A stretch of DNA of 63,448 nucleotides, filler included, from Octopus bimaculoides (lineage: Eukaryota), in the NCBI RefSeq assembly GCF_001194135.2. It is 7 parts of 7 records of this genome, joined end to end, with 100 filler letters (N's around TTAATTAATTAA, not from the genome) between each part and the next. Parts side by side here need not be neighbours in the genome. Positions count along the whole stretch, not along the records: positions 43,042 to 54,372 come from NC_068996.1; positions 54,473 to 61,057 come from NC_068981.1; positions 61,158 to 62,175 come from NW_026310652.1; positions 62,276 to 63,448 come from NC_069008.1; 3 more parts are not named here. One strand, given 5' to 3'. A program made the position numbers and the translations under genes. The number at the start of each line of letters is the position of its first letter. Position 1 is the stretch's first letter. The notes below the pieces were generated by a model. The model saw nothing but the letters and a program-made list of their open reading frames with translations, did not search any database and was not told the origin of the DNA. This document shows positions 52,300 through 63,448 of the stretch, one piece after another.

Positions 52300-52630
52300 T
52301 AGTGATTATAAATATGTTATCAATATATAATGGCACTCCGTCGGATACGACGACGAGTGTTCCAGTTATTCCGATCAGCCGAACCGCCAGCTCGTGAAGT
52401 TGAAATGCAAGTGGCTGAACACTTCGCAGACATGTGCACCCTAACATAGTTCTGAAGGAAATTCAGCATGATATATAGAGTGACAAGGCTGGTCTTTTGA
52501 ATTACACCTACAACTCGTTTTTGCTAGCTGAGAGTACTGGGACAACATGAAATAAAGTACCTTGCTCAAGGACACAATGCCAGGAATCGAACTCGGGATT
52601 TTATGAAAATGAGACAAATACCCTAACTAC
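52300..52630 (-). mobile_element. tRNA-headed SINE related to the nested element at 18352
   Basis: Head gtgaaggcacttggcttcgtagttaggg..gagttcgattcctgg, ccttgagcaagg, and 3' gtcgtatccgacggagtgcc. Confidence 0.85.
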
Positions 52631-52699
52631 GAAGCCAAGTGCCTTCACTATAAATATGAATATCTGGAAATAATAAACATCAATACTTCATTTTGCGGT

Positions 52700-52930
52700 A
52701 AAGCAGCGAGCTGGGAGAAACGTTAGCACGCCGGGCGAAATGCTTAGCGGTATTTCGTCTGCTTTTACGTTCTGAGTTCAAATTCCACCGAAGTCGACTT
52801 TGCCTTTTATGCTTTCGGGGTAGATAAGTTAAGTACCAGTTGCGCACTGGGATCGATCTAATCGACTGACCCCCGGACCCCACCCAAAAAAATTTCGGAC
52901 TTTGTGCTTAGAGTAGAAAAGGATATTTCA
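52700..52930 (+). mobile_element. SINE family A (CpG-intact copy)
   Basis: aaagcagcgagctgggagaaacgttagcacgccgggcgaaatgcttagcgg..gagttcaaattcc. Confidence 0.92.
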
Positions 52931-53367
52931 TTTNNNNNNNNNNNNNNNNNNNNNNNNNNNNNNNNNNNNNNNNNNNNNNNNNNNNNNNNNNNNNNNNNNN
53001 NNNNNNNNNNNNNNNNNNNNNNNNNNNNNNNNNNNNNNNNNNNNNNNNNNNNNNNNNNNNNNNNNNNNNNNNNNNNNNNNNNNNNNNNNNNNNNNNNNNN
53101 NNNNNNNNNNNNNNNNNNNNNNNNNNNNNNNNNNNNNNNNNNNNNNNNNNNNNNNNNNNNNNNNNNNNNNNNNNNNNNNNNNNNNNNNNNNNNNNNNNNN
53201 NNNNNNNNNNNNNNNNNNNNNTATTCAAATTTTAAAGATCCTAAATGAAATTTTTGAGGAAGACCAGAGCAACAGAAGAAAAACAAACAAACAAACAAAC
53301 GAAAGATGAAATATTGCGATAATTTTATCTTTCGTGTTAAGTGAAATAACAGCAGAAAGCTTTAAAT

Positions 53368-53713
53368 CAGTGGTTCTCAACCGAGGTCCTTATGGTCCCT
53401 TGAAGGTCTATATAAGATTATGGGGGTTCTACGCAACAAAATAGTAAATTGAGGATTCACAATAGTATTTTAAGGACCCCCTCAAAAAATGTTGCTTTAG
53501 ATGTATGTATTGGTATGTATTGCAAGAAACAGCTTGGATTCTTTCTTTAACATTTTACATTGGTCAGTCTACACAAGTTAATGTGTGAAAAACAAAATAG
53601 GAATTCTGAAAGAAGTATCTATAAAACTAGTTTTAAACATCGAATGGCTATGGGGGTCCACCAGAATAGTAATCAAAGGGGGTCCATAGATAAGAAATGG
53701 TTGAGAACCCCTG
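53368..53713. mobile_element. hAT (Buster/Charlie-like) MITE, 346 bp
   Basis: TIRs CAGTGGTTCTCAACC and GGTTGAGAACCCCTG. 8-bp TSD ctttaaat / ctttaaac with central TA. Confidence 0.92.
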
Positions 53714-53774
53714 CTTTAAACGAATAGCAAGGTATTTTTGTGACAATTCAATATAAAGGAAATAAAACTTGTTT

Positions 53775-54028
53775 AAGCATGGAAAACTAACATCCACTAA
53801 CTATTCTGCCGAGATGTCTGTGCACACCTTTCAATGGAGTGTATGCCAGAAGGTTTGCCAATCCAACGGAGGCCTCAAGAGACATTTTTAGATCCACAAA
53901 GATCAGAACTTATCTGCAGTCTTTTCAGAACATTGTCTGGTTTATAAAGCCACATCAGATGCCATGATGGTGCTAAGGTGTAGGTACAGGAGGTGGTCAA
54001 ACTCTGCATAAGGAGTAGAGACAACCAC
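53775..54028 (+). mobile_element. 3' end of an RTE-like LINE with decayed C2H2 fingers
   Basis: FQWSVCQKVCQSNGGLKRHFRS and FRTLSGL*SHIRCH, then a short UTR into (TA)n. Confidence 0.55.
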
Positions 54029-54029
54029 C

Positions 54030-54091
<62 letters not shown>

Positions 54092-54372
54092 TGGTTGTCT
54101 CTACTCATTTATTATTTGTTTTACATGATCGAACGCCTGCGTCATCCTTGTTGTAAGTAGTTTTTTTAACTTTATATTTTCTGATGCGACTCTATCTCTT
54201 TCTCTATCACTTTTTCCCCCTCTCGTTCTTCCTCTGTTACTACTACGTATCTCTCTTTACCCCTCTCGTTCTTTCTTCTGTTATTACTATATATCTCTCT
54301 TTCCCCTCTCATTCTTCCTTCTGTTACTACTATATTCCTCTCTCTCTCTCGTTGCTCACCTATTCTTCTACT

Positions 54373-54472
54373 NNNNNNNNNNNNNNNNNNNNNNNNNNNN
54401 NNNNNNNNNNNNNNNNTTAATTAATTAANNNNNNNNNNNNNNNNNNNNNNNNNNNNNNNNNNNNNNNNNNNN
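54373..54472. other. Assembly join linker
   Basis: 44 N + TTAATTAATTAA (54417-54428) + 44 N. Confidence 0.95.
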
Positions 54473-54996
54473 TATATATAGATTAATATGATTAAAAATG
54501 GGAATAATTAGCTGAGATTTTCCATTATCTTTCGGTGTTAGATTTATCTCTCACCCATTTTGTTAGCCTTAGAGAAACCAAGGTCAGTCTGTGACCTATT
54601 AACACAATAAATACGCATTGCATATCATTCTTGACGTTTCTAAGATTATGCTTCTTATGGGAAGAAAACGGTAAAATTAAAGATTTGGAAGAGCCTAAGT
54701 ATTAACTACGATTGAACAGGCCTCTAGAAATTGAATACAGGTAATTGTTAATAACTTGTGGCTGTAGCAGAATGACACTCGCACACACACGCACGCGCAC
54801 ACACATTCACACACATGCATACACATACACATCCACACGCAAATTCCTTTCACACACACAAAGTGATTCAAAAGTCCCTTTAGGATTTAAATTATATAGA
54901 ATTTATTTTATTTTGCACCCAATCAAGGGTTTTTTTAAAAATTCAGTACTTACTCGCTGTTATTTATAGCTTCATCTACTTCGAGTTAAAAGCGAT

Positions 54997-55042
<46 letters not shown>

Positions 55043-55074
55043 TACATACATATACATATNNNNNNNNNNNNNNN

Positions 55075-55112
<38 letters not shown>

Positions 55113-55189
55113 GGCAATCAGAATTTTGGAATACCACAGTCGTGCACCAGACCCGACGCAACAGAAGATTTTAATGACCACACAGAACA

Positions 55190-55295
55190 TATAGACCCGA
55201 AGATCATAAATTTGTCAAATAGAAATCTCAATAAGAATGAGATGAATCTCCTTTTGAAAGGTTTCAAATTTACTCCGACACCCTCCCATAATTAT
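55190..55295 (+). mobile_element. Penelope-like element N-terminal RT fragment
   Basis: DPKIINLSNRNLNKNEMNLLLKGFKFTPTP matches the PLE N-L-S..L..E...L.KG.KF.PTP motif. Confidence 0.75.
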
Positions 55296-56036
55296 TGCAG
55301 CAACAGGATACATACTAGCTCGTCTGCACCAAAGTATGGCTGAACTTGGAATCTTGGGGAGAGAATGCAAATCCTTACTTCATAAACTACAGATGATCGC
55401 GATATCTGGGTCTATAAAAATCCGCAAGATCTTCAGATTTAAAAGGATTGTGGTTAAAACAAGATACTTTCGCTTTTAGATAACAGCGTGTTCAACACAC
55501 ACACGTCTCATTGGCACACGGCATTCTGAATCACCTGTGTTTCAACATCTTTCAACGAGCGCCTGTACCTCGTCGGTCAGGAATAGCCGGAACTTTGGGA
55601 CTAGACAAAACTGCTGGCTTTCAGTGAACAGAATTGTTCACAAAGATTTATTAAAATAATAATAATCAATGTAGCAGAGGTTATGTATTATGTGATTAAA
55701 ATGAGGATAATTGATATAGTAAAGATTATTTATTAATATGATTAAAAATGAGAATAATCAAAATAATAGACATTGATTATTAATATAAGAACCCATTCTG
55801 CTGACGACAACGAGAAGTTTTGCGATATTTATTTCTAACGTTGATAAAAGAAATCGTAAATCTTCACGCTTCTCTAATCCATTGGGTTTATCTTCATGAT
55901 CACAATTAATGGCGTTGCCTTTAAACCTGTCTTCACTAGATACTATGTTGGAAAAAGCAATAAATGAATATTTCGGAGGTGTACTTGTCTGGCAAGAGAT
56001 TTGATCAAAGACTGTGTGTTGAAACTAAAACAACTA

Positions 56037-56279
56037 CAGCGTGGAAGACACATGGTAACCATTCAAAAATACACAAAGATTGTCAACTTCATTTAAATAT
56101 TTGTTATTTGGTGTCAAAGTTTTCGTCGAAGCAACTGCGACCTGGTCACTTACACGATTCCACATAGTGACCAAGTCGCAGTTGGTACGATGAAAATGTT
56201 GACACTAAATAGCATATGTTTAAGGGAAGTTAACAGTCATTGTGTGTTTTTGAATGGGTAATATGTGTCTTCCAGGCCG
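56037..56279. mobile_element. Fully palindromic 243-bp MITE with TA target duplication
   Basis: TA-CAGCGTGGAAGACAC..GTGTCTTCCAGGCCG-TA. Arms of about 113 bp pair up to a 15-nt loop at 56150-56164. Confidence 0.9.
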
Positions 56280-58185
56280 TAATAAATAGATAGCTTACTT
56301 CATTCTATAATGAAGATTTCATACTGCATTACAACATATTTCACACAAGCCTTAATTTTCAAAAGATTGTCTTTCATTATTCTGTACCTCCTTGATGATT
56401 TCGGACATTAGCTGTGTGGTATGAAGTTTGTTTCTCAACCACATTCCAGGATATGGGCTGGCAGCCACCATTTGTATTAAAAGTGGTCATGAGTGAATTT
56501 GTGTGCTCACATCCTGATATTGAATCCATTATACACAACTGAGGCAGTCGACAGTGTGTATACATTACACATGATACTTAGATGACTATTTTAATTTAGT
56601 ACTGCCTCAATTACATATACATGATTTTTATTCAGTCGGATGGCTATTCGCAATATCAGAGGTGATGAATTCTCTCGTCTGAGCATGTGGCTGGCTGCGA
56701 GTGCGCACTATTGAAAAGGCCCTAAAAGGCCAAAATGCATCAGGGGTTGTCGTTGGTCGTTGCTGGAACGAATTTCTTTCTCTTTTTCTCCCCCCCCTCT
56801 CTCTCTAATATTTATTTTGTTTTTAATACCGCACATCCGTAAGAGATATCTCAGAATGAATACCACAGCAAGTGGCCTGCCGGCAGCGTATATACATTAA
56901 GCATGATACTTAGATGGCTACTGATATAAACATTTCAGCTAAATTAAACGATTTAATTTTCAGCAATTGTTTCTCTTTACAACAGGGCAATTACGAATTA
57001 CAACGGTCCATCTCCACCCCAGTATGATTTATACAAATGAGTGACATACACTGAATAGGATAAAGTAATGTGCATTTTAATACATAATTTCCCTTCCTTG
57101 CTATGACTTCAGGCTTTTGATTATTATCAATTATTTATTTCCATGTTAGTAACACATTTTTTTATCTCAAAAATATCTGCTTTTGTATATTGTCTCTATT
57201 GCATTTCAAACAATTTACGCCTCGTAAAGTGACAAATAAAAATTAATTATTTATTCTTTCAGATAAAGTTTTTTTTTGCATATCATCAAATTATCTATTG
57301 TTGCATGTAATTCCAATTAGACATTTTGTATACAGAATTTACAATTTAAAAAAATTCTATAAAGTACAGTTTGTTTGAAAATCAATGTTCGTGTGAAAAA
57401 TAATCATGATTCTGTATAAAATATCCTTTGTTGTGGAATAAATTCAAGCTATTTCTAATACTTTCTCACTATCCCATATAATGGAGTAAAGTCTTAGCAC
57501 AGTTCGCCAAATTTTAACCGAGAAGGGGTACCGAATGGATGAGGCGCAATGTAGAGATTTATGATGTCTTTTATCAGAGTTGGAGCGAAATATTGCAAAA
57601 CTTATTGCCGGTCATCAGCAGCAGAGATAACATTAAAAAACAATGTCTTCTATCTTAATTATCCTCGTTTTAATCACATTTATTAATGAACAATGTCTTC
57701 CGTCTTAATTATTGTCATTTTGATAATATTGATAAACACTGTCTGTTGTATTAATTAGTACTATTTTCGTATTGATAAACAATGGTTATCTAAGAAAATG
57801 TAGAGGTATAGTTGATCGTAGCTGGTGAAACGATGTGACCGAAGAAATTTTTCCATCGCTGTTATTGTGTATATCTCAACTGCGAGAATATGTGTCTCGG
57901 AATACATTTTGGTTGAACTGGTTGCAAATAATTGTTTCCGCATTTGTTGAAACGAGAAACAATTGTCGATAATAAAATCATTTCGCTTTAGTTAAAGCAT
58001 CATTTTCAGTATTCGAGCGCACAAGTTCAGGCGTGACTATTTCTTTTTTATTACAAATAAACCGGAAGTAACAATGATGACTATATAACATGACACAGCA
58101 CCTTTCCAAAGGATTCATGATATAGCTCTATTCACCCTACTCATTTCTCGGCTCTTAATGCTTTTCTTTGGTATGATCTTTTCAG

Positions 58186-58241
58186 CTCCCTCACGATCAT
58201 TTACCATGCACAATCAATTTGTCAGAATATAAGACAAACAG
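58186..58241 (+). CDS. Candidate 56-nt exon (phase 2 to 1: CSLTIIYHAQSICQNIRQT)
   Basis: Acceptor cttttctttggtatgatcttttcag, donor cag|gtgaag (moderate). Open in phase 0 and phase 2. Confidence 0.3.
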
Positions 58242-58834
58242 GTGAAGAATTCAACAGTTTACATTCGCGGCAAACAAGTCACCTAGTAAAAGAAATGCAA
58301 TCAGAGGCCTGTGTACGTAGTCGTTCGGCCTGTTAGAAACAGCAGTCAGACATGCCTCAAATTCCACCTCATCGTTTTTGAAAAAGAGAACAATTAAATA
58401 AAGTAGTCCAAGATATCCCAACAAAAATAGAATGGTCATGGCCAGAACGCCTTTAATTATAGGTCTGCTTCAATCAAGATTGGTTCGGTGCAACACAAGA
58501 GCGGCAACATTAATAAAAACAGACTAACAAAAGAAAAGAAATAGCATGTTTCCAGCCTTTTCTTCGACCTATTAGAAACAACAACCACTTTCCTAAAACT
58601 ACACTCCGAGCAAAAGACTGCACTTTAGTGCTGGATTTACAAAAGGAAAGACCAGATGGCCACGGCTGGAATGACCAGGAGCTAAATACCAACAGTAACA
58701 AAGGACAACTGTCTACAACCATAGAAGGTAATAATAATGGTAGAAGCCTCGGCGTTCGTTGGCTTACAGTGAAGAGTTCAATTCCTACTGCGTTAAAACA
58801 CGCACACACGTACACACACACACTTACACACACA

Positions 58835-59027
58835 CATCTTTTACTTGTTTCAGTAATTAGACTGTGGCCATACTGGAGTATTACCTTGAAGGGTTTTTAA
58901 TGGAACCCAGTATTTATTTTTCTTCAAAGTCTGGTATTTATTTTACTAGTCACTTTTTGCCAAGCCACTAGTTTACGGGGACGTAAACAACAAACCAACG
59001 CCGATTACCAAGGGTAGAGGGGAACAA

Positions 59028-59060
<33 letters not shown>

Positions 59061-59195
59061 ACGGGCTTCTTTCAGTTTCCATCTACAAAATCTGCCCATA
59101 AGGCTTTGGTCGGCCCAGGGCTATAACAAAAGACACTTGCTCAAGGTGTCACGCAGTGGGACTGAACAAGGAACCATGTGGCTGGAAAGCAAGCG
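58835..59195 (-). mobile_element. SINE family B
   Basis: Tail tacttgtttcagt..gtggccatactggag, body gtttacggggacgtaaac, head ggaaccatgtggctggaaagcaagc. Confidence 0.88.
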
Positions 59196-60094
59196 GATCT
59201 TTTCTGTTTGGCTGCAGCTGTGGAAATTTCAAAGTTCATTGAAAATATTAAAATTTGGTGTATTAATGTAGTTTTCTAAGCTATATACATACCCGCATAC
59301 ACGCTCGTACACACGCGCGCAGAAAAAAGGTTCATATACACGTCTATATACGCACATGCAAAAAAATAAACTGGGCTAAAGGCAAAATACAGAAAAATTT
59401 GTAAAAAAAGTGTAAAAAATAAGCAATAAGAGTAAAAAGTAAAGGTGTAAATATGCTCATGGCGAATGCGTATGCGCGCATTCCATACATACACATGCGC
59501 GCACGCACACCCACATACATGTACCTATGTGCATATGTTCGTTTACACTCGCTTGAAACACACACATGCGCACCCCAAACTGAAGAAGGGAAATATTCTT
59601 TATGTTGCATGTCTTGTTTCTCTGTTTTTTTCGTTGTTCGAAAAAGTTCGTTTTCTGTCTTCGTCTTTATGTTTTCGTTTCTCATTGTGTTTAACCGTTT
59701 TGTGATGTCCTGTACCCATATATGCATCTATGTATACATATAGATGTAGGTATGTACATATATGTATGGATATATGCATATATTTGTATATTATTTACGT
59801 TAATTTATACATACACGCACACACGCGCGCACAAAAAAAGATTCATATACACGTCTATATACGCACATACTCGCATGCACGCACACACACACGTCTATAT
59901 GCGCACATACCCGCACACACGCACACATCCACACGCGCGCACAAAAAATTCCATATACACGTCTATATATGCACAGGAAAAATGCAGGGTGGAAGGTAAA
60001 ATACAGAAAAAATATGTGTAAAAAATATATGAGCAATAAAGCTATAAAACAATATCTCTATAAATATATAAAAAATACTTATTGCGTACATATC

Positions 60095-61030
60095 GTTTAA
60101 CAAACATTTTGTCAGGCTCTTGCATTAACCAAGTAGGAACGGAAACACCACACATAGAACGTCTAGGAAATTTAAAGAATCTCTCATGCGGGTCTCATTA
60201 GTTGCCGTGCAATAATAATGAACGTTGCGAATGTAAAACTTCTGGAAGCACGACTTCCCATTGATAAACTGGTAAATTTCTGCTACGTAAGGCCAATTTA
60301 ATGGAATTCTGTATTACTTCATTATACCTAGCATTATCAACTATGAATAACAGCAGGAAATCCGAAAAGACTAAACAAAACCTTCAAATTACTAATAACA
60401 GAATGAGCACTAGTATCAATACATGGAAAAATAAACGAAAAACGTGAATACTCATCCACAACAGTTAAAAAAAAATAATGGTTCTTTGACACTGAAGGTA
60501 GGGCTCCTTTAAAATCAACACTCAATCTTTCAAAAGCTTGGGTAGATTTAATTACTGACGAAACAGAGGTCTTAGTAAAGCGAGGCTTCGCCTCACAACA
60601 TATTACACAATTGTTAGTTATACGCTTTACATCCTCTACAGAGTAAGGTAAATTCTTTACAATAACCGTCGCTTTGGGAATGATTTCCATTGACAGCCAT
60701 GTTAATTTCATTCCTTTCAGACTTCACCACCAATTTGTTTTTCTTTGCAAAGTCTTTGCTAATATGATTCATAGCAGAGCCGGTATCAATCAAAGCAAAT
60801 ACTTTCACGCCATCGACTGTTATTGTATAATTAACTTTAGTAGCAGCTCCACCTTGACATAAAGCCGCGGCGAAGTTGCCATCATCAAGAGCTGCTGATG
60901 TCTTATCAAAATTTTTGCGATTATTTGACCGGCGTTCTTTAGCAAAATGACCAAAATATGCACATTTGTAACACTTGCTCCGCCTAGCAGGACACTTAAA
61001 CCTCGGATGAAAATCATTAGATCCGCAAGA
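60095..61030 (-). mobile_element. Internally deleted Gypsy-type LTR retrotransposon (gag knuckle, protease, integrase)
   Basis: HPRFKCPARRSKCYKCAYFGHFAK, ALIDTGS, KNLPYSVEDVKR..CVICCEAKP, LSVDFKG..LTVVDEYSRF, SLFGFPAVIHS, TNETPHERFF. Protease-before-integrase order. Confidence 0.9.
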
Positions 61031-61057
61031 GGTGCAGGAATTTTGAGTTTGTTTTGT

Positions 61058-61157
61058 NNNNNNNNNNNNNNNNNNNNNNNNNNNNNNNNNNNNNNNNNNN
61101 NTTAATTAATTAANNNNNNNNNNNNNNNNNNNNNNNNNNNNNNNNNNNNNNNNNNNN
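61058..61157. other. Assembly join linker
   Basis: 44 N + TTAATTAATTAA (61102-61113) + 44 N. Confidence 0.95.
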
Positions 61158-62175
61158 TATTTCTTCGGACGAGAAATTGCAAATATCTCTAATGATGCAG
61201 CATGTACATAAGATGATTATAAATTATTTACAATCAACTTCTGTTCTGCTGAACATCCACAATATTGTGCACAGGACAACAGTGGAAGAATATGGAACTT
61301 TCCTCAATATTTCATTAAATTCCAAAATGAGGAATTATCCAATGTCGGATATGTTTCAGAATATTTACATTACGTTTCTATTCGTGGATCAATTAAAATT
61401 TTGCTATTTCCTTATATAAATATTTCTTTTATTGTAACCTACTTATTTTCTAAGATCCGAACATAAGTATACCTCATGCTATAATGTATACATTTACGTA
61501 ATGAAGTGCAAGTTTCCGGTTAGATAAATTAAACTATTAGCACTATAAATAATCTGTAATAATCTGAAAAAAAGAAACAACAGATTAAATAAAAATTATG
61601 AGATATAAAAATTAGATTACAATTCGTTACAAAGCAGGAAGAAATCGATAATCAATTCATTTCCACTATTCATCGGCTTGTAAATATTTTCTATATTTCT
61701 TCAGGCGACTTCAAAACCAGACAATTGATTAACACTGAACATCGTCTATTTTAACTTTTCATCAAACTATAAAATTCCATAGTGTGAAATTTGTTAGGTT
61801 GGCTACATACATATGGAAAAATCTTAAACGGATTTAACAATAATAAAAACAGCCCAAAATAAATTGATTTACTATTTTTGCTTAGAATAAATTCATCTTT
61901 TGTATTTTCGGTCAGGAATTATTCCTGTTTACTTTTCTTCATATATCCAGATACAGCCGACATAAGGGATATTTTACTCAGAGGTCTTCAGGATAAAAAA
62001 CTGTGGTAGAAAAATAAACGATTTCGAGAAAGGAAAATTATGTAATTCAATTCTCTTATCCTTTCGTATAAGCCATAGAGAGGCAGCTTATTAAGTTTCA
62101 CCGTAAACTAAAAACGCCAATGATTTTATTTGTTTCTACATTTTTTAATCCAAATTTTCATTGTGTAGTTCATAT

Positions 62176-62275
62176 NNNNNNNNNNNNNNNNNNNNNNNNN
62201 NNNNNNNNNNNNNNNNNNNTTAATTAATTAANNNNNNNNNNNNNNNNNNNNNNNNNNNNNNNNNNNNNNNNNNNN
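62176..62275. other. Assembly join linker
   Basis: 44 N + TTAATTAATTAA (62220-62231) + 44 N. Confidence 0.95.
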
Positions 62276-63278
62276 GGGGGGGGGCTACAATGGTGAAGGT
62301 GGTGGTGGTAGTGCTGACGATGATCGCGGCGGTGACGACAGTGGTCACGTTGGCTTTGTGACTTAGTTTACAAGAAGGAGGCCTTTGGCGTTGGAACATC
62401 TTGGCCTGGGCGACATTTTATCAAGGAGATAAGTGCAAGTCAGTGCAAAGCTGCAAATTGAAGTGCAGTGAAGTACGGTGAAATGCTGCAAGGTGCATCG
62501 AATGCACTATAGACCAGAACGCTGAACAAACACACATGCATACACATATGCATCCATACATGCATGCATTCATACATTCATACACATATATATCTACATA
62601 TATCTGTATATATATCCATATGTGTANNNNNNNNNNNNNNNNNNNNNNNNNNNNNNNNNNNNNNNNNNNNNNNNNNNNNNNNNNNNNNNNNNNNNNNNNN
62701 NNNNNNNNNNNNNNNNNNNNNNNNNNGTAAATTTTCTCGTCTGTTTTCAGCTGATGTGACGTTGTACCTACCCAATACTAATTTACATACACTACTCACT
62801 TCACACGCACACATACACACGCACACGCACAAATACACACGCACAGACACACACCCACTTCACACACACATGCACACACACGCACAAACGTACAAGCACA
62901 CGCAAAAACGCACACACACACACACACACTCTCTCACTTCACACTCACTTGCACACACACGCACAAACATACTTTCACTTCACACAACACACACACACAC
63001 CCTCACCTCACACACACAGACACGCACACATACACGCATACTCACTTCATATACACACACTCATTTCATACACACACACACATACACACGCATACATGCA
63101 CAAACATACACTCACTTCACACACACATACACACACGCATTATTTCGTATGTTTGCAACCAAATTAACGTTACGGATCTTTGTGTGTGTGTGCGTGTGAA
63201 TCGGACGTCAAATCGGCATACCTCACACACACGCATACCTCACTTCACACACATACACGCAGAAACATATATTTACTT

Positions 63279-63327
<49 letters not shown>

Positions 63328-63355
63328 TCGTGCGCGTTCTTTCGTTTCTGTTCAG

Positions 63356-63386
63356 GTGAATTAACGTCCAACTCATTCGAACACAG
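63356..63386 (+). CDS. Candidate 31-nt exon (phase 1 to 2: GELTSNSFEH)
   Basis: Acceptor gttctttcgtttctgttcag, donor cag|gtaaac. Only one phase is stop-free. Confidence 0.45.
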
Positions 63387-63448
63387 GTAAACCGGTTTCT
63401 TCTTCTGTTTTCATCCGTTTTGACGTCCGACGCACTCCAGACACACTC

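Noticed and set aside
52700-52800. Functional tRNA genes at SINE heads
   Set aside because: Only A/B-box remnants are present, without a cloverleaf, and each is followed by a SINE body and tail.
53830-53965. Host C2H2 zinc-finger gene
   Set aside because: No TGEKP linkers, an in-frame stop and a mutated Cys. The context fits an RTE-like LINE 3' end.
56712-56732. Histone 3' stem-loop (GGCCTTTTAGGGCC on the minus strand)
   Set aside because: Two bases shorter than the 16-nt consensus, wrong flanks, and no histone ORF upstream.

Overview
AT-rich, microsatellite-dense, gap-riddled animal genomic DNA. The SINE and LINE families look like a coleoid cephalopod, most likely Octopus (inference from repeat content, not a database hit). 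Six identical 100-bp linkers (44 N + TTAATTAATTAA + 44 N) split the window into seven scaffold pieces joined across unsized gaps. No complete intact gene is visible, and nearly all long ORFs in the track come from microsatellites or N runs. What can be supported is mostly decayed transposable elements: many tRNA-headed SINEs, R4/Dong-like RLE non-LTR fragments at (TAA)n tracts, Penelope-like elements (RT plus GIY-YIG, and a decayed hammerhead ribozyme), Tc1/mariner and hAT elements and MITEs, a deleted Gypsy element, and BEL, RTE, CR1/L2-group and Tx1-like remnants. The best leads beyond TE annotation are: (1) four tiny plus-strand exon candidates (54, 24, 56 and 31 nt) that splice in one frame to a membrane-helix peptide; (2) a 26-kb CpG-eroded piece (9051-35329), implying a hidden methylated gene body, which holds a roughly 600-bp-arm inverted repeat and a 15-nt microexon candidate; (3) a roughly 560-bp non-tRNA repeat that sits in (TAA)n; (4) a 3' hairpin tail shared by a LINE and a SINE family; (5) a cryptic 1.5-kb satellite with a 20-bp period. 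None of these is shown to be a novel system; they are hypotheses with stated tests.
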